NCBI GenBank assembly: GCA_965203355.1
Contig: OZ241889.1
Coordinates: 4,107,185-4,171,184, forward strand
Direction: 5' to 3'
Source: Candidatus Latescibacterota bacterium
GTDB taxonomy: Bacteria; Latescibacterota; UBA2968; UBA8231
Length of the DNA: 64,000 nucleotides
Part shown: positions 9,585-18,001 of the stretch, one piece after another
How the letters are laid out: the number at the start of each line of letters is the position of its first letter
Numbering within the stretch: the stretch's first letter is position 1
Position numbers and translations under genes: made by a program
The notes under the pieces: model-generated
The model's database searches: none
What the model was told of the DNA's origin: nothing
What the model saw: the letters and a program-made list of their open reading frames with translations, nothing else

Positions 9585-11228
9585 ATGCGCTCTCTGTACA
9601 TCTTTGCTATCCCTATCGCCCTCGCGGGCTGTTCTCAGCAAACGAACGCGCCCGTAGCGCGAGTCGACGACGTGCCCATTTCAGGCGAGAGCCTGCGGTC
9701 CTTTGTCGAAAAACTACCCCCGGGCTTGCGCAACCCCGAAGGCGGCGATGCCGCACGGCGGCAATACGTGCAATCGCTCATCGACCGCCAACTCATTCTC
9801 AAAGAGGCCCTCGTCCACGAGTTGGATACGCTGCACGCGGTAAAACGCACCGTCGATGAGGCCGTGGATGCGCGCGTCATCGCCCTCTATCGGGCGCGCA
9901 ACATAACCGCTCAGGTGCAAGTGCCCGAAGAGGATGTGCGGCGCGTCTTTACCGAAGAAGGCTACCATCGCGAGCGCAAGCTCAACGCGATTTTGGTCCA
10001 CACCCGCGCCGAAATCGAAGCGGCCGTGGCTACCCTCGACACCGGTCAACCCTTTGCCGAAGTGGCCCGCGCCCACTCGCTCGACAAGCGTTCGGCCGAG
10101 CAGGGCGGCGAGTTGGGCTTTATTGGCCGCGAGGCCGCGCCCCGCCTGCACATCCCGGCCGAAGTCTTCAACACGCTGCCCTTGGGAGAAACATCCGCGC
10201 CTTTGCGCGCTGGCCGCAGTTGGCACATCGTCCGCTTCACCGAAGACCGCGACACGCCCTATGAGCGTTACCGACCCCTGATTGAGGAGCAGCTATTCAA
10301 CGAGCGTCTAGCCCAAGTTGAGGCCGAGCACTTTGAGGCACTCCGCGCAGCGGCAAGTGCGGCCCTCGACCGCGACGGACTGCAACTCATGCTCAGCGCG
10401 GCTCAGCGCAAAGACACCGCACTGCTCGACACGTGTACTGCACCGCTCTACACCTTTGCCGAGGGGCAAGCCACAGTTGCCGCCGCTTATAAGGCCCTGC
10501 GGAGGCTCAATGCCCAGCGCAGCCTCAAAGACAGCGCACGCGCACACCGCGCGCTAGACAGGTTGGTATTGCGGCCCCTCCTCCAGCGTCGAGCCGCCCG
10601 CGAACAGGGCCTGTACGACACCCCGGAAGTCCAACGGCTGGCCAAGAGGGCCTACCAAGATGCACTGCTCAACGCCATGCGCGAGCGCTTCGCAGCCATC
10701 GAATTGCTCTCGGACGCCGAAGTGTGGTCCTACTACGACAGCCATCCCGACATGTTTTATCACGAAGAGGCTGTCGAGGTCGAAGAGTTGCTCGCGTCCA
10801 GCCCAGCCGAAGCCCAGTGGCTCAGCGACCAACTCGCGGCCGGCGCGCGTTTTGCCGATCTCGCCGACCACAGCGTACGCGCCCAAGCCGTCCAGTCGCA
10901 AGCGCGCTTTCACTTCCATCCGCGTGACGAAAAGCTCTATCCGCGCCTAGTCCCGGCCATCTATGCAGCGGAACCCGGCCAACTCGTCGGGCCGATTCGG
11001 GTGCGCGACGGGTACTCCATTTTCCGCGTCCAAGGACGCAACCCCGGCCGAGTCGAGCCATACGAGCAGGTCCAGCACCGCGCCCGCGCTCTGTTGCGCC
11101 GAGAGCGAGAAAACGCGGCCTTCACCAGCTTCGTCCAAGACCTGCGCCAGCGCTATCAGAGCCGAGTCGAGATCGACGAGCGCGCCCTCAAGACCGCCCT
11201 ACCGGATTCGCTGGTCCAAGGCACCTGA
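9585..11228 (+). CDS. Parvulin-type peptidyl-prolyl isomerase lipoprotein (SurA/PrsA-like, two PPIase domains)
   Basis: Lipobox LAGC after ATG 9585; FAEVARAHSLDKRSAEQGGELGFI; second FADLADHS...VGPIRVRDGYSIF. Confidence 0.8.
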   Translation: MRSLYIFAIPIALAGCSQQTNAPVARVDDVPISGESLRSFVEKLPPGLRNPEGGDAARRQYVQSLIDRQLILKEALVHELDTLHAVKRTVDEAVDARVIALYRARNITAQVQVPEEDVRRVFTEEGYHRERKLNAILVHTRAEIEAAVATLDTGQPFAEVARAHSLDKRSAEQGGELGFIGREAAPRLHIPAEVFNTLPLGETSAPLRAGRSWHIVRFTEDRDTPYERYRPLIEEQLFNERLAQVEAEHFEALRAAASAALDRDGLQLMLSAAQRKDTALLDTCTAPLYTFAEGQATVAAAYKALRRLNAQRSLKDSARAHRALDRLVLRPLLQRRAAREQGLYDTPEVQRLAKRAYQDALLNAMRERFAAIELLSDAEVWSYYDSHPDMFYHEEAVEVEELLASSPAEAQWLSDQLAAGARFADLADHSVRAQAVQSQARFHFHPRDEKLYPRLVPAIYAAEPGQLVGPIRVRDGYSIFRVQGRNPGRVEPYEQVQHRARALLRRERENAAFTSFVQDLRQRYQSRVEIDERALKTALPDSLVQGT

Positions 11229-11231
11229 GCG

Positions 11232-12680
11232 ATGACCGCACACCTTGTGCTGATTTTGGGCGCAATCGCCTGCGCCGATCAACCCGACCCGCAAGACGCG
11301 GCGCGCCCCATAGAAGCTCGCCGCTTGCTCCAGCGCGGCACACTCTTCTTGCAACAGGACCGGCCCGCCCGCGCCCTAGCAGAACTCATCCAAGCCGTAG
11401 CACTCGATTCCGCGTCGAGCACGGCCCATTTTCAAAAGGGCCTGGCCCACGCACGGCTCGACCAACCCGCGGCTGCCATGGCGGCCTTCAAACGCGCCTT
11501 AGCCCTCGCGCCCGACCAGCCTCGCGCACACTTTGCCCTCGCCGCCGTACTGCGCGACCAGCACCGCTATCTAGAGGCCGCAACCCACCTAGAGCGGGCC
11601 ATCGTCCTCGCACCCGAGCACGCCAAGTACCACTTCTACCTAGGCGATGTGCGCCGGGCCAGCGGCGACTTTGCTGGCGCACTCACAGCCTTCAAACGCA
11701 CCATTGAGCGCGCGCCCGACCACCTTGAGGCCCGCTACTACTACAGCGACCTGCTCGTGCGCGACCAGCAATTATCTCAAGCGCACACGGGTTTTGCCGA
11801 CCTGCTCGCCCGCGATCCTAACCACGTCCAAGGCGGCCTCGGGTTGGGCGGCTTACTCATCCGCCTCGGAGAACCCGCATCAGCCATTCCCGTGCTCCAG
11901 CGCGTGGCCGCCAACGACCCGCACAACCCCGCGCCCCACTACCTATTGGCCCAGGCCTACGCCGAGTACGACCGCCCCGACGACGCCCGCCGCGCACAGG
12001 GCCACTTCCAGCAGTTAAGTGCGGCCGAACGCCACCTCAATCAAGGCAACATCTACATTCGCCAAGGCGCGTGGGACAAGGCGATCGATTCCCTAAAGCG
12101 CGCCCTCGCCAGCGACGCTACTTCCGCGGAAATTCGCCTGCGCCTCGCCACCGCGTACGCACGGCAAAAGCGTTTCGCCGACGCCCGCGACGCGCTAGCG
12201 CAAATCCTCGCCCGCAATCCCGACCACCGCGACGCCCACCTCATGCTGGGCGACCTGTACTTGCACGAGGGAAGGGCCAAAGACGCTGCCGCACACTTTG
12301 TTCGCTCTTTGGCGATCGATCCCGACTCCTTTGCCGGATCCTATGGCTTGGGCCGAGCGCGTTTCAAAGGTGGCGACTTGGCCGGGGCCGTCGCTGCGTT
12401 ACGCCAAGCCCTCGCTCGCAATCCCGACCACCGCGACGCCCACTACGCCCTCGGGCTAGTCTACGTCCGCCAAGCCAACTACCGCGATGCCCACATCCAT
12501 TTTGCCCACAGCATGACCCTCGACCCAAACCACGCGGAATCACACTACGGGCTGGCACTGCTCCTCATGCAGCAAGGACAGCGTGAACAAGCGCGGCAAG
12601 CCCTGCAAAAGGTGATCGCCCTCGCCCCAGATCACCAACGCGCCCGGGCTAAGCTAAGCGAGCTGGATCAAGGGCCGTGA
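11232..12680 (+). CDS. Tetratricopeptide-repeat lipoprotein
   Basis: Lipobox-like AIAC; repeated 34-aa TPR units (AHFQKG, YHFYLG, AHYALG). Confidence 0.88.
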   Translation: MTAHLVLILGAIACADQPDPQDAARPIEARRLLQRGTLFLQQDRPARALAELIQAVALDSASSTAHFQKGLAHARLDQPAAAMAAFKRALALAPDQPRAHFALAAVLRDQHRYLEAATHLERAIVLAPEHAKYHFYLGDVRRASGDFAGALTAFKRTIERAPDHLEARYYYSDLLVRDQQLSQAHTGFADLLARDPNHVQGGLGLGGLLIRLGEPASAIPVLQRVAANDPHNPAPHYLLAQAYAEYDRPDDARRAQGHFQQLSAAERHLNQGNIYIRQGAWDKAIDSLKRALASDATSAEIRLRLATAYARQKRFADARDALAQILARNPDHRDAHLMLGDLYLHEGRAKDAAAHFVRSLAIDPDSFAGSYGLGRARFKGGDLAGAVAALRQALARNPDHRDAHYALGLVYVRQANYRDAHIHFAHSMTLDPNHAESHYGLALLLMQQGQREQARQALQKVIALAPDHQRARAKLSELDQGP

Positions 12681-14968
12681 GTAGCTATTTTCGCGCCTTG
12701 TGCCTAGCCAGCCTTTGCCTCGGCTGCCAAGCTCCGCCCGAGGCCGAAAGCGACCGCGTCTATGCCGACGCCCTGAACCTGCTATACCAAGGGCGGTTCT
12801 CCGAAGCCGAAGCCCTTTTCCGGCGCGTCGTCAGCTTGGCACCCGACAGCGCGAGCGCCCAGATCCGTCTTGGCGAAGCCCTACTCCGCCAAGGCCGCTG
12901 GCAGAGCGCGGGCCGCCTGCTCGACGAGTTGCCGACACCCGTGCGCCAGCGGCCAGCGGCCCGTCTGCTCGAAGCGCGGCTCCTCGCCTTTGGCGGTTTC
13001 GCCCGCGAGGCCGAACTCGCCGTCAATGAGATCCTCGATCAATATCCCAACTCACTCGACGGCCGTTTGCTACTGGCCGAACTGTATTTGCAGGCCGCGG
13101 CCACCATGAACCTCGAGCGCGCCACGGCCCTGTGCAGCGAAGCACTATCCGCCCAACCTCAGCACCGCGACGCGCATTATCTGTTGCTCCAAGCCACGCT
13201 GCGCCTCGGCCGCTTTCCCGCCGCCTTGGAACGCAGCCGCTCGTTGCTCAACGCCTATCCAGACGATGGCCACGCCTATCTCTTGGCAGGCACGGCGGCT
13301 TTCTGGGCGGGGGACGACCGCGCACGGCCTTGGCTCGAAAAAGCGGTCGATTTGCTGGAGTCAATAGATCGCCTAGAGGCCCTGTGGCTGCTCAAGCTGA
13401 CTCACGAGCGGCAGGGCGAAGATGCACCGGCACTGCTACCGCGCTATCGCTTTCCCCTGCATGTCTCAGGGCCAGCCGCGACCGACCTGCGCTTTGTCGA
13501 TGTGGCCGCGCGCGTCGGCGTGGCCAAGAAAGATCGCGGCCGCGGCAGTGCCTGGCTCGACTTTGACGGCGATGGCGACCTTGATCTCTTCAGCGTTGGC
13601 ATCCAAGTCGAACATTCGCTCTACCGCAACGACGGTGGCCAATTTCGCGACGTCGCCCAAGCGAGCGGATTAGCCGACGCAAGCGGCGGTTGGGCTGCCG
13701 CGAGCGCGGATTTTGATAACGACGGCGACGACGACCTCTTTGTCAGCCGCGACGCCTGGGAGGGCAGAGCACCTAACTCCCTGTACAGAAACGACTCGGG
13801 CGCATTCATCGACAGCGGGCGCGCCGCAGGCATGGCCGACTCCAGCGATAGCTTTACGGCCGCTTGGCTCGACTTCGATGGCGACGGATACCTCGACTTG
13901 TACGTGGCCAACGGCGTCACGGGTACCGGGGCGCCAAACGCCCTCCTGCAAAACCAGCAAAACGGCGCGTTTCTCGATGTAGCGGTCGCCGCCGCCGTCG
14001 CCGACTCGGGCCAGACCATTGGCACGGCTGCTGGCGACTTCGACGGCGATGGCCTGATCGACTTGTACGCGGTCAACATCGGCCAGTTCAACCGCCTCTA
14101 TCGCAATCTCGGCGATGGCACCTTTGCCGATGTGGCCGAGCGCGCTGGCGTCCTTTTTCCAGTGGAAGGCGGGTATGTGGCGTTCTTTTTCGACCTTGAC
14201 AACGACGGTCATCTCGACCTATTTGCTTCAACTATGAGTGCCTTTCCCGATGTCCTCAACAGCATGGTCACCGGTGAGGCCATTGAGCCGAATCGTCCCT
14301 TTCTCTATCGCAACCTCGGCGACGGCACTTTTGCCGACATCGCGGCCACTGCGGGACTCAAGCGCTCTTTCGGCAGTATGGGCGCGGGCCTTGGCGACCT
14401 AGACAACGACGGTTTCGTCGATATTTATCTGGCCAACGGCGGCCCGCAAATGGCCCGCCTCGAACCCAACGCACTCTATCGCAACCTCGGCGACGGCACT
14501 TTTGCCGACATCACGGCCACTGCGGGCACCGGCAGCCTCGGCAAGGGCCACGGGGCCACCGTCGCCGACTTCGATCAAGACGGCGACTTGGACCTCTACG
14601 CCGGCTTGGGCGGCCATTACGACGCCGACACCTGGGACAACGCGCTCTATCGCAACGACGGCCCGGCGCAGCCCTACCTATCCATCGAACTCGTGGGCAC
14701 ACAGGCCAATCGCAGCGCCATCGGTACGCACGTCGCCGCTTTTGCCGCCGGCCGCACCATCCGCGCCCAGCGCCAAAGCGGCTTTGGCTTCGGCAGTAGC
14801 AACGAGCCACTTCTGCACCTTGGGCTAGGGCCGGCCACGCGCGTCGATAGCCTGCACGTGCTCTGGCCCGGCCAGCCCCCACAGCGTTTCTTTGACCTGC
14901 CCGTCAATTGCCGCATCCGCATCGCACAACGCGAGGCGCACTACCAGATTCTCAGGAGGCCACCATGA
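12677..14968 (+). CDS. TPR + FG-GAP/VCBS repeats + ASPIC/UnbV domain protein (CRTAC1-like)
   Basis: Repeated DFDGDGDLDLF and LYRNLGDGTFADV motifs; C-terminal NRSAIG...GFGSSNEPLLHLGLG; N-terminal TPRs. Confidence 0.88.
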   Translation: MSSYFRALCLASLCLGCQAPPEAESDRVYADALNLLYQGRFSEAEALFRRVVSLAPDSASAQIRLGEALLRQGRWQSAGRLLDELPTPVRQRPAARLLEARLLAFGGFAREAELAVNEILDQYPNSLDGRLLLAELYLQAAATMNLERATALCSEALSAQPQHRDAHYLLLQATLRLGRFPAALERSRSLLNAYPDDGHAYLLAGTAAFWAGDDRARPWLEKAVDLLESIDRLEALWLLKLTHERQGEDAPALLPRYRFPLHVSGPAATDLRFVDVAARVGVAKKDRGRGSAWLDFDGDGDLDLFSVGIQVEHSLYRNDGGQFRDVAQASGLADASGGWAAASADFDNDGDDDLFVSRDAWEGRAPNSLYRNDSGAFIDSGRAAGMADSSDSFTAAWLDFDGDGYLDLYVANGVTGTGAPNALLQNQQNGAFLDVAVAAAVADSGQTIGTAAGDFDGDGLIDLYAVNIGQFNRLYRNLGDGTFADVAERAGVLFPVEGGYVAFFFDLDNDGHLDLFASTMSAFPDVLNSMVTGEAIEPNRPFLYRNLGDGTFADIAATAGLKRSFGSMGAGLGDLDNDGFVDIYLANGGPQMARLEPNALYRNLGDGTFADITATAGTGSLGKGHGATVADFDQDGDLDLYAGLGGHYDADTWDNALYRNDGPAQPYLSIELVGTQANRSAIGTHVAAFAAGRTIRAQRQSGFGFGSSNEPLLHLGLGPATRVDSLHVLWPGQPPQRFFDLPVNCRIRIAQREAHYQILRRPP

Positions 14969-17900
14969 GGCTCTTGGCGTTTCTCGTCATCTACTTGGCA
15001 CCGCTGATCGCAGCCGATGCCCAAAAGGGCCACCGCGTCACCAGTCGTTCCGTAGTGGTCAACACGGCCGCGCACTGGCAGAATTGGCAGCTACCGACCC
15101 ACGCCGTGCAGGTCTCGCCAGACGGCACCGTTGAGCCGCACTTTTTTCGCGAACATTTCAACTTGATCGACGATCTAGCGACCTACACCCGGCCCATCGT
15201 CGATCTGCGTCGCCGCCGCAACCAGACCGCCATCCTCAACATCGACAGCACCCAGACCCGCGACGTGAAAGGCGAGATCATTCTCGATCGCAAGGGCAAT
15301 CCCATCTACTCCTATTTCTTTCGCCCGGGCATCAGTCGCGTCGGCTCGAATGCGGCCGCAGCCGCCAATATACTCGACGACGATCCCACCACCTTCTGGG
15401 AGCCCGACTCGCAGGCACCGCTCGACGACTGGTGGATCGAAATAGACTTGGGGCGCGTCGTGGCGGTCGATTCCCTCGTCATCCACTTCGTCGAGGAAGA
15501 GTTGGGCGATCCCTTTTTTCAGTTCCGCGTTCTCGCCGCACCCGACCAAGAGCCAGTGTGGGAAAACGCCGATAAAATCGCCTTTGAACGAGTCGCTAAC
15601 ACCAAGGCCCCCAACCGCGATCAGCGCACCTTCCGCATTGGCCTCGAACAGCGCGACGCCGATCCCAACTGGCAGGGCAAGATGGTGCAGACCATCCGCA
15701 TCGTGGTCAGCGATACACGCGGCGAGCGCGGCGAGCGGATCAGCCAAGAGGCATGGCAAGCCCTACCCGCCAACGAGCGCGGTGCGATCGTCTATTTCAT
15801 CCGCGACGAACAGGGCTTTGAAGAGCCAGTAGAGCAAGCGATCTATGAAAGCCTCGACCCCCAGCGCCAAGGCCGTTTGGATTACTATCGGCGCGAGCGG
15901 CCGCGTCTGGCCGGAATCGAGGTGTACGGATTTGGCGACAACATCAGCAGTGGCTTGGTAGCTGGCGGCGGCCAGCTCGGCCTGACCGGCGACGGCTTTT
16001 TGCCGGGGCCAGCTTTTGACGCGGATTTCAACACCAACTTCCTGCACCTCGTTTGGTCTCCGACCATCGACCGCGGCGTACTTACCGTTGACATGGGCGC
16101 GTCATTTTGGCTCGACGCCATGCGCATTTCCTCGGCCCAGCCCCAGCCCTTTATCGACGGCTACTTGATCCGCGGATCCGATGGCTCACGCGATACCCGC
16201 GGCAAAATCAAGTGGGCACGCCTCAGCCCCCGCTCCCGTGAGGACAATAGCTCCGATCGCTTTGAGCACATTATCGACATCTATGCCTCCAGCCCCAAAC
16301 TCCGCTTCCTCGAAATAAGCGTCATCTCGACGGACCCGCGCCGCCGAGGTGGGTACAACACCGGGCCGACCATCGCCGAGTACCAGCTTTTTTCCACTGG
16401 CTACCCAGCGCAAGTAGAGCTAACTTCCGATCTGATTGCGCTGCCTGGGGCGCGTAACTTCGGGGCCATCACTTGGGAGGCCGAGACGCCCCCGGGCACG
16501 GCCGTCGCAATCCGCACTCGCACCGGCGACTTGCTGGGCAAGGTCATTCGCTACTTCGACAAGACGGGCAACGAAATCACCTATGACGCTTGGAAAAATC
16601 TCTTGGGCAGTTTCAAGGGGCCAGCCGACACCACCTTCGCGCCCACCAGCGGCTGGAGTCCTTGGAGCCGCGCCTACCAGCAGCCCGGCGACATCGTCAC
16701 CTCTCCCGGCCTGCGCAAGTTCATGCAGTTCCAAGTCGAGATGATTACTACCGACCGCGAGGCCGCAGCCTCGATCCATTCGCTCGCGGTCGAACTGCTC
16801 AATCCCGTAGCCGAGCGCATCGCGGCCGAACTGTGGCCGGCCTCGGTGGAAATCTCCGGCGTACGGGAGACCTTTGACGTCTTTGCCCAGCCCTACTTCA
16901 TTGAGTCGCCCGCGGCCTCGCGCAGCACTGGTTTCAACGAAATCCTGCTGACCATGCCGGCCTCGGAAAACCTCGAGCTCTTGGAGTTGGGCATTGGCAG
17001 TGCAGGCCGCGAAAAGGTCTTTCACCTTGGAGCCGAGCGCGGGGTGCTCACGGCTGATGATCAGACGCAAGTCGCGATTTTGGCCAACGGCGGGGACTCC
17101 ATCAGGGTGCGCCTAGACGACGCGCTCAACATCCTCCCTGCGGCCAGCCGCACGTACAATCGCATTACCCTTGAGGGCGAAGAAGTCCCCGTGACCCAAG
17201 ACGGCCTGCCGCTTACGGCCGCAGCATACGGTACTCTCGACAAAGACGAACGAGGAGCCATCCGCTACTTCCGGCATAGCGACGGTCGGTTCAGCGAGAT
17301 CGACCAAACCAGTTACCAAGACCTGCCGAGCGAAGAGCAAGGCCCGGTCCGCTACTTCCGCATTTTGCGCGGCGACGGTGCTCAGTTTCCGTTTGACGCG
17401 CACGGCGACTCGCTCGACTCGGTCGCGTACAACCGCCTCTCCGCGTCCCAGCGCGGCGTTGTCACCGGGCCGGGCCAGCGCTTCCGCTTGCGCCTTTCAG
17501 CACCGGTCTTTCTCAACGGCACGACCTTGCGCCTGTTCGTGCGCAACGCAGCGAGCACCGACGCCGACGTGGCGTGGCAGGCCGTTGAAGCGGGCAATGC
17601 CGACGAAGGAGTCGCCAGCAACACGCTGTCGGTCAACGTCCCCATTGACAGCGATCTCATCCATGGTCTCGCCGTCGGTCCCAACCCTTTTACCCCCAAC
17701 GGCGACGGGATCAACGATGCGGCTGAAATCTCGCTGGAGATCTTAAAGCTCACCTCCAGCCGACGCCTCCAAGTGCGAATTTACACGCTCAATGGGCGAC
17801 AGGTTTGGCAGCGCGAGGAGATGGTGTTGAGCGGCCGCACGGCCGTGCGTTGGGACGGCCTTGATGACCGCGGCCGTCGAGCACCACCCGGGCTGTATCT

Positions 17901-17976
17901 GTGCCAAGTCCAACTCGACGCCGACGCCACAGAACAGCCGACAAGTCAAGCGCGGGTTATCGCCGTGGCCTACTAG
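14965..17976 (+). CDS. Large secreted protein with discoidin-like domains and C-terminal FlgD-Ig / T9SS-CTD-like domain
   Basis: RBS CAGGAGG, ATG 14965 overlapping upstream TGA; signal peptide; DDDPTTFW..WIEIDLGR; PNPFTPNGDGIND...WDGLDDRGRRAPPGLY...IAVAY. Confidence 0.8.
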   Translation: MRLLAFLVIYLAPLIAADAQKGHRVTSRSVVVNTAAHWQNWQLPTHAVQVSPDGTVEPHFFREHFNLIDDLATYTRPIVDLRRRRNQTAILNIDSTQTRDVKGEIILDRKGNPIYSYFFRPGISRVGSNAAAAANILDDDPTTFWEPDSQAPLDDWWIEIDLGRVVAVDSLVIHFVEEELGDPFFQFRVLAAPDQEPVWENADKIAFERVANTKAPNRDQRTFRIGLEQRDADPNWQGKMVQTIRIVVSDTRGERGERISQEAWQALPANERGAIVYFIRDEQGFEEPVEQAIYESLDPQRQGRLDYYRRERPRLAGIEVYGFGDNISSGLVAGGGQLGLTGDGFLPGPAFDADFNTNFLHLVWSPTIDRGVLTVDMGASFWLDAMRISSAQPQPFIDGYLIRGSDGSRDTRGKIKWARLSPRSREDNSSDRFEHIIDIYASSPKLRFLEISVISTDPRRRGGYNTGPTIAEYQLFSTGYPAQVELTSDLIALPGARNFGAITWEAETPPGTAVAIRTRTGDLLGKVIRYFDKTGNEITYDAWKNLLGSFKGPADTTFAPTSGWSPWSRAYQQPGDIVTSPGLRKFMQFQVEMITTDREAAASIHSLAVELLNPVAERIAAELWPASVEISGVRETFDVFAQPYFIESPAASRSTGFNEILLTMPASENLELLELGIGSAGREKVFHLGAERGVLTADDQTQVAILANGGDSIRVRLDDALNILPAASRTYNRITLEGEEVPVTQDGLPLTAAAYGTLDKDERGAIRYFRHSDGRFSEIDQTSYQDLPSEEQGPVRYFRILRGDGAQFPFDAHGDSLDSVAYNRLSASQRGVVTGPGQRFRLRLSAPVFLNGTTLRLFVRNAASTDADVAWQAVEAGNADEGVASNTLSVNVPIDSDLIHGLAVGPNPFTPNGDGINDAAEISLEILKLTSSRRLQVRIYTLNGRQVWQREEMVLSGRTAVRWDGLDDRGRRAPPGLYLCQVQLDADATEQPTSQARVIAVAY

Positions 17977-18001
17977 TTTCCTAATTGAAGGAGGGATTGC
18001 A

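Noticed and set aside
12677-14968. Diversity-generating retroelement template/variable repeat pair
   Set aside because: The duplicated segments are both in-frame propeller blades, differ at only one base, and no reverse transcriptase is present
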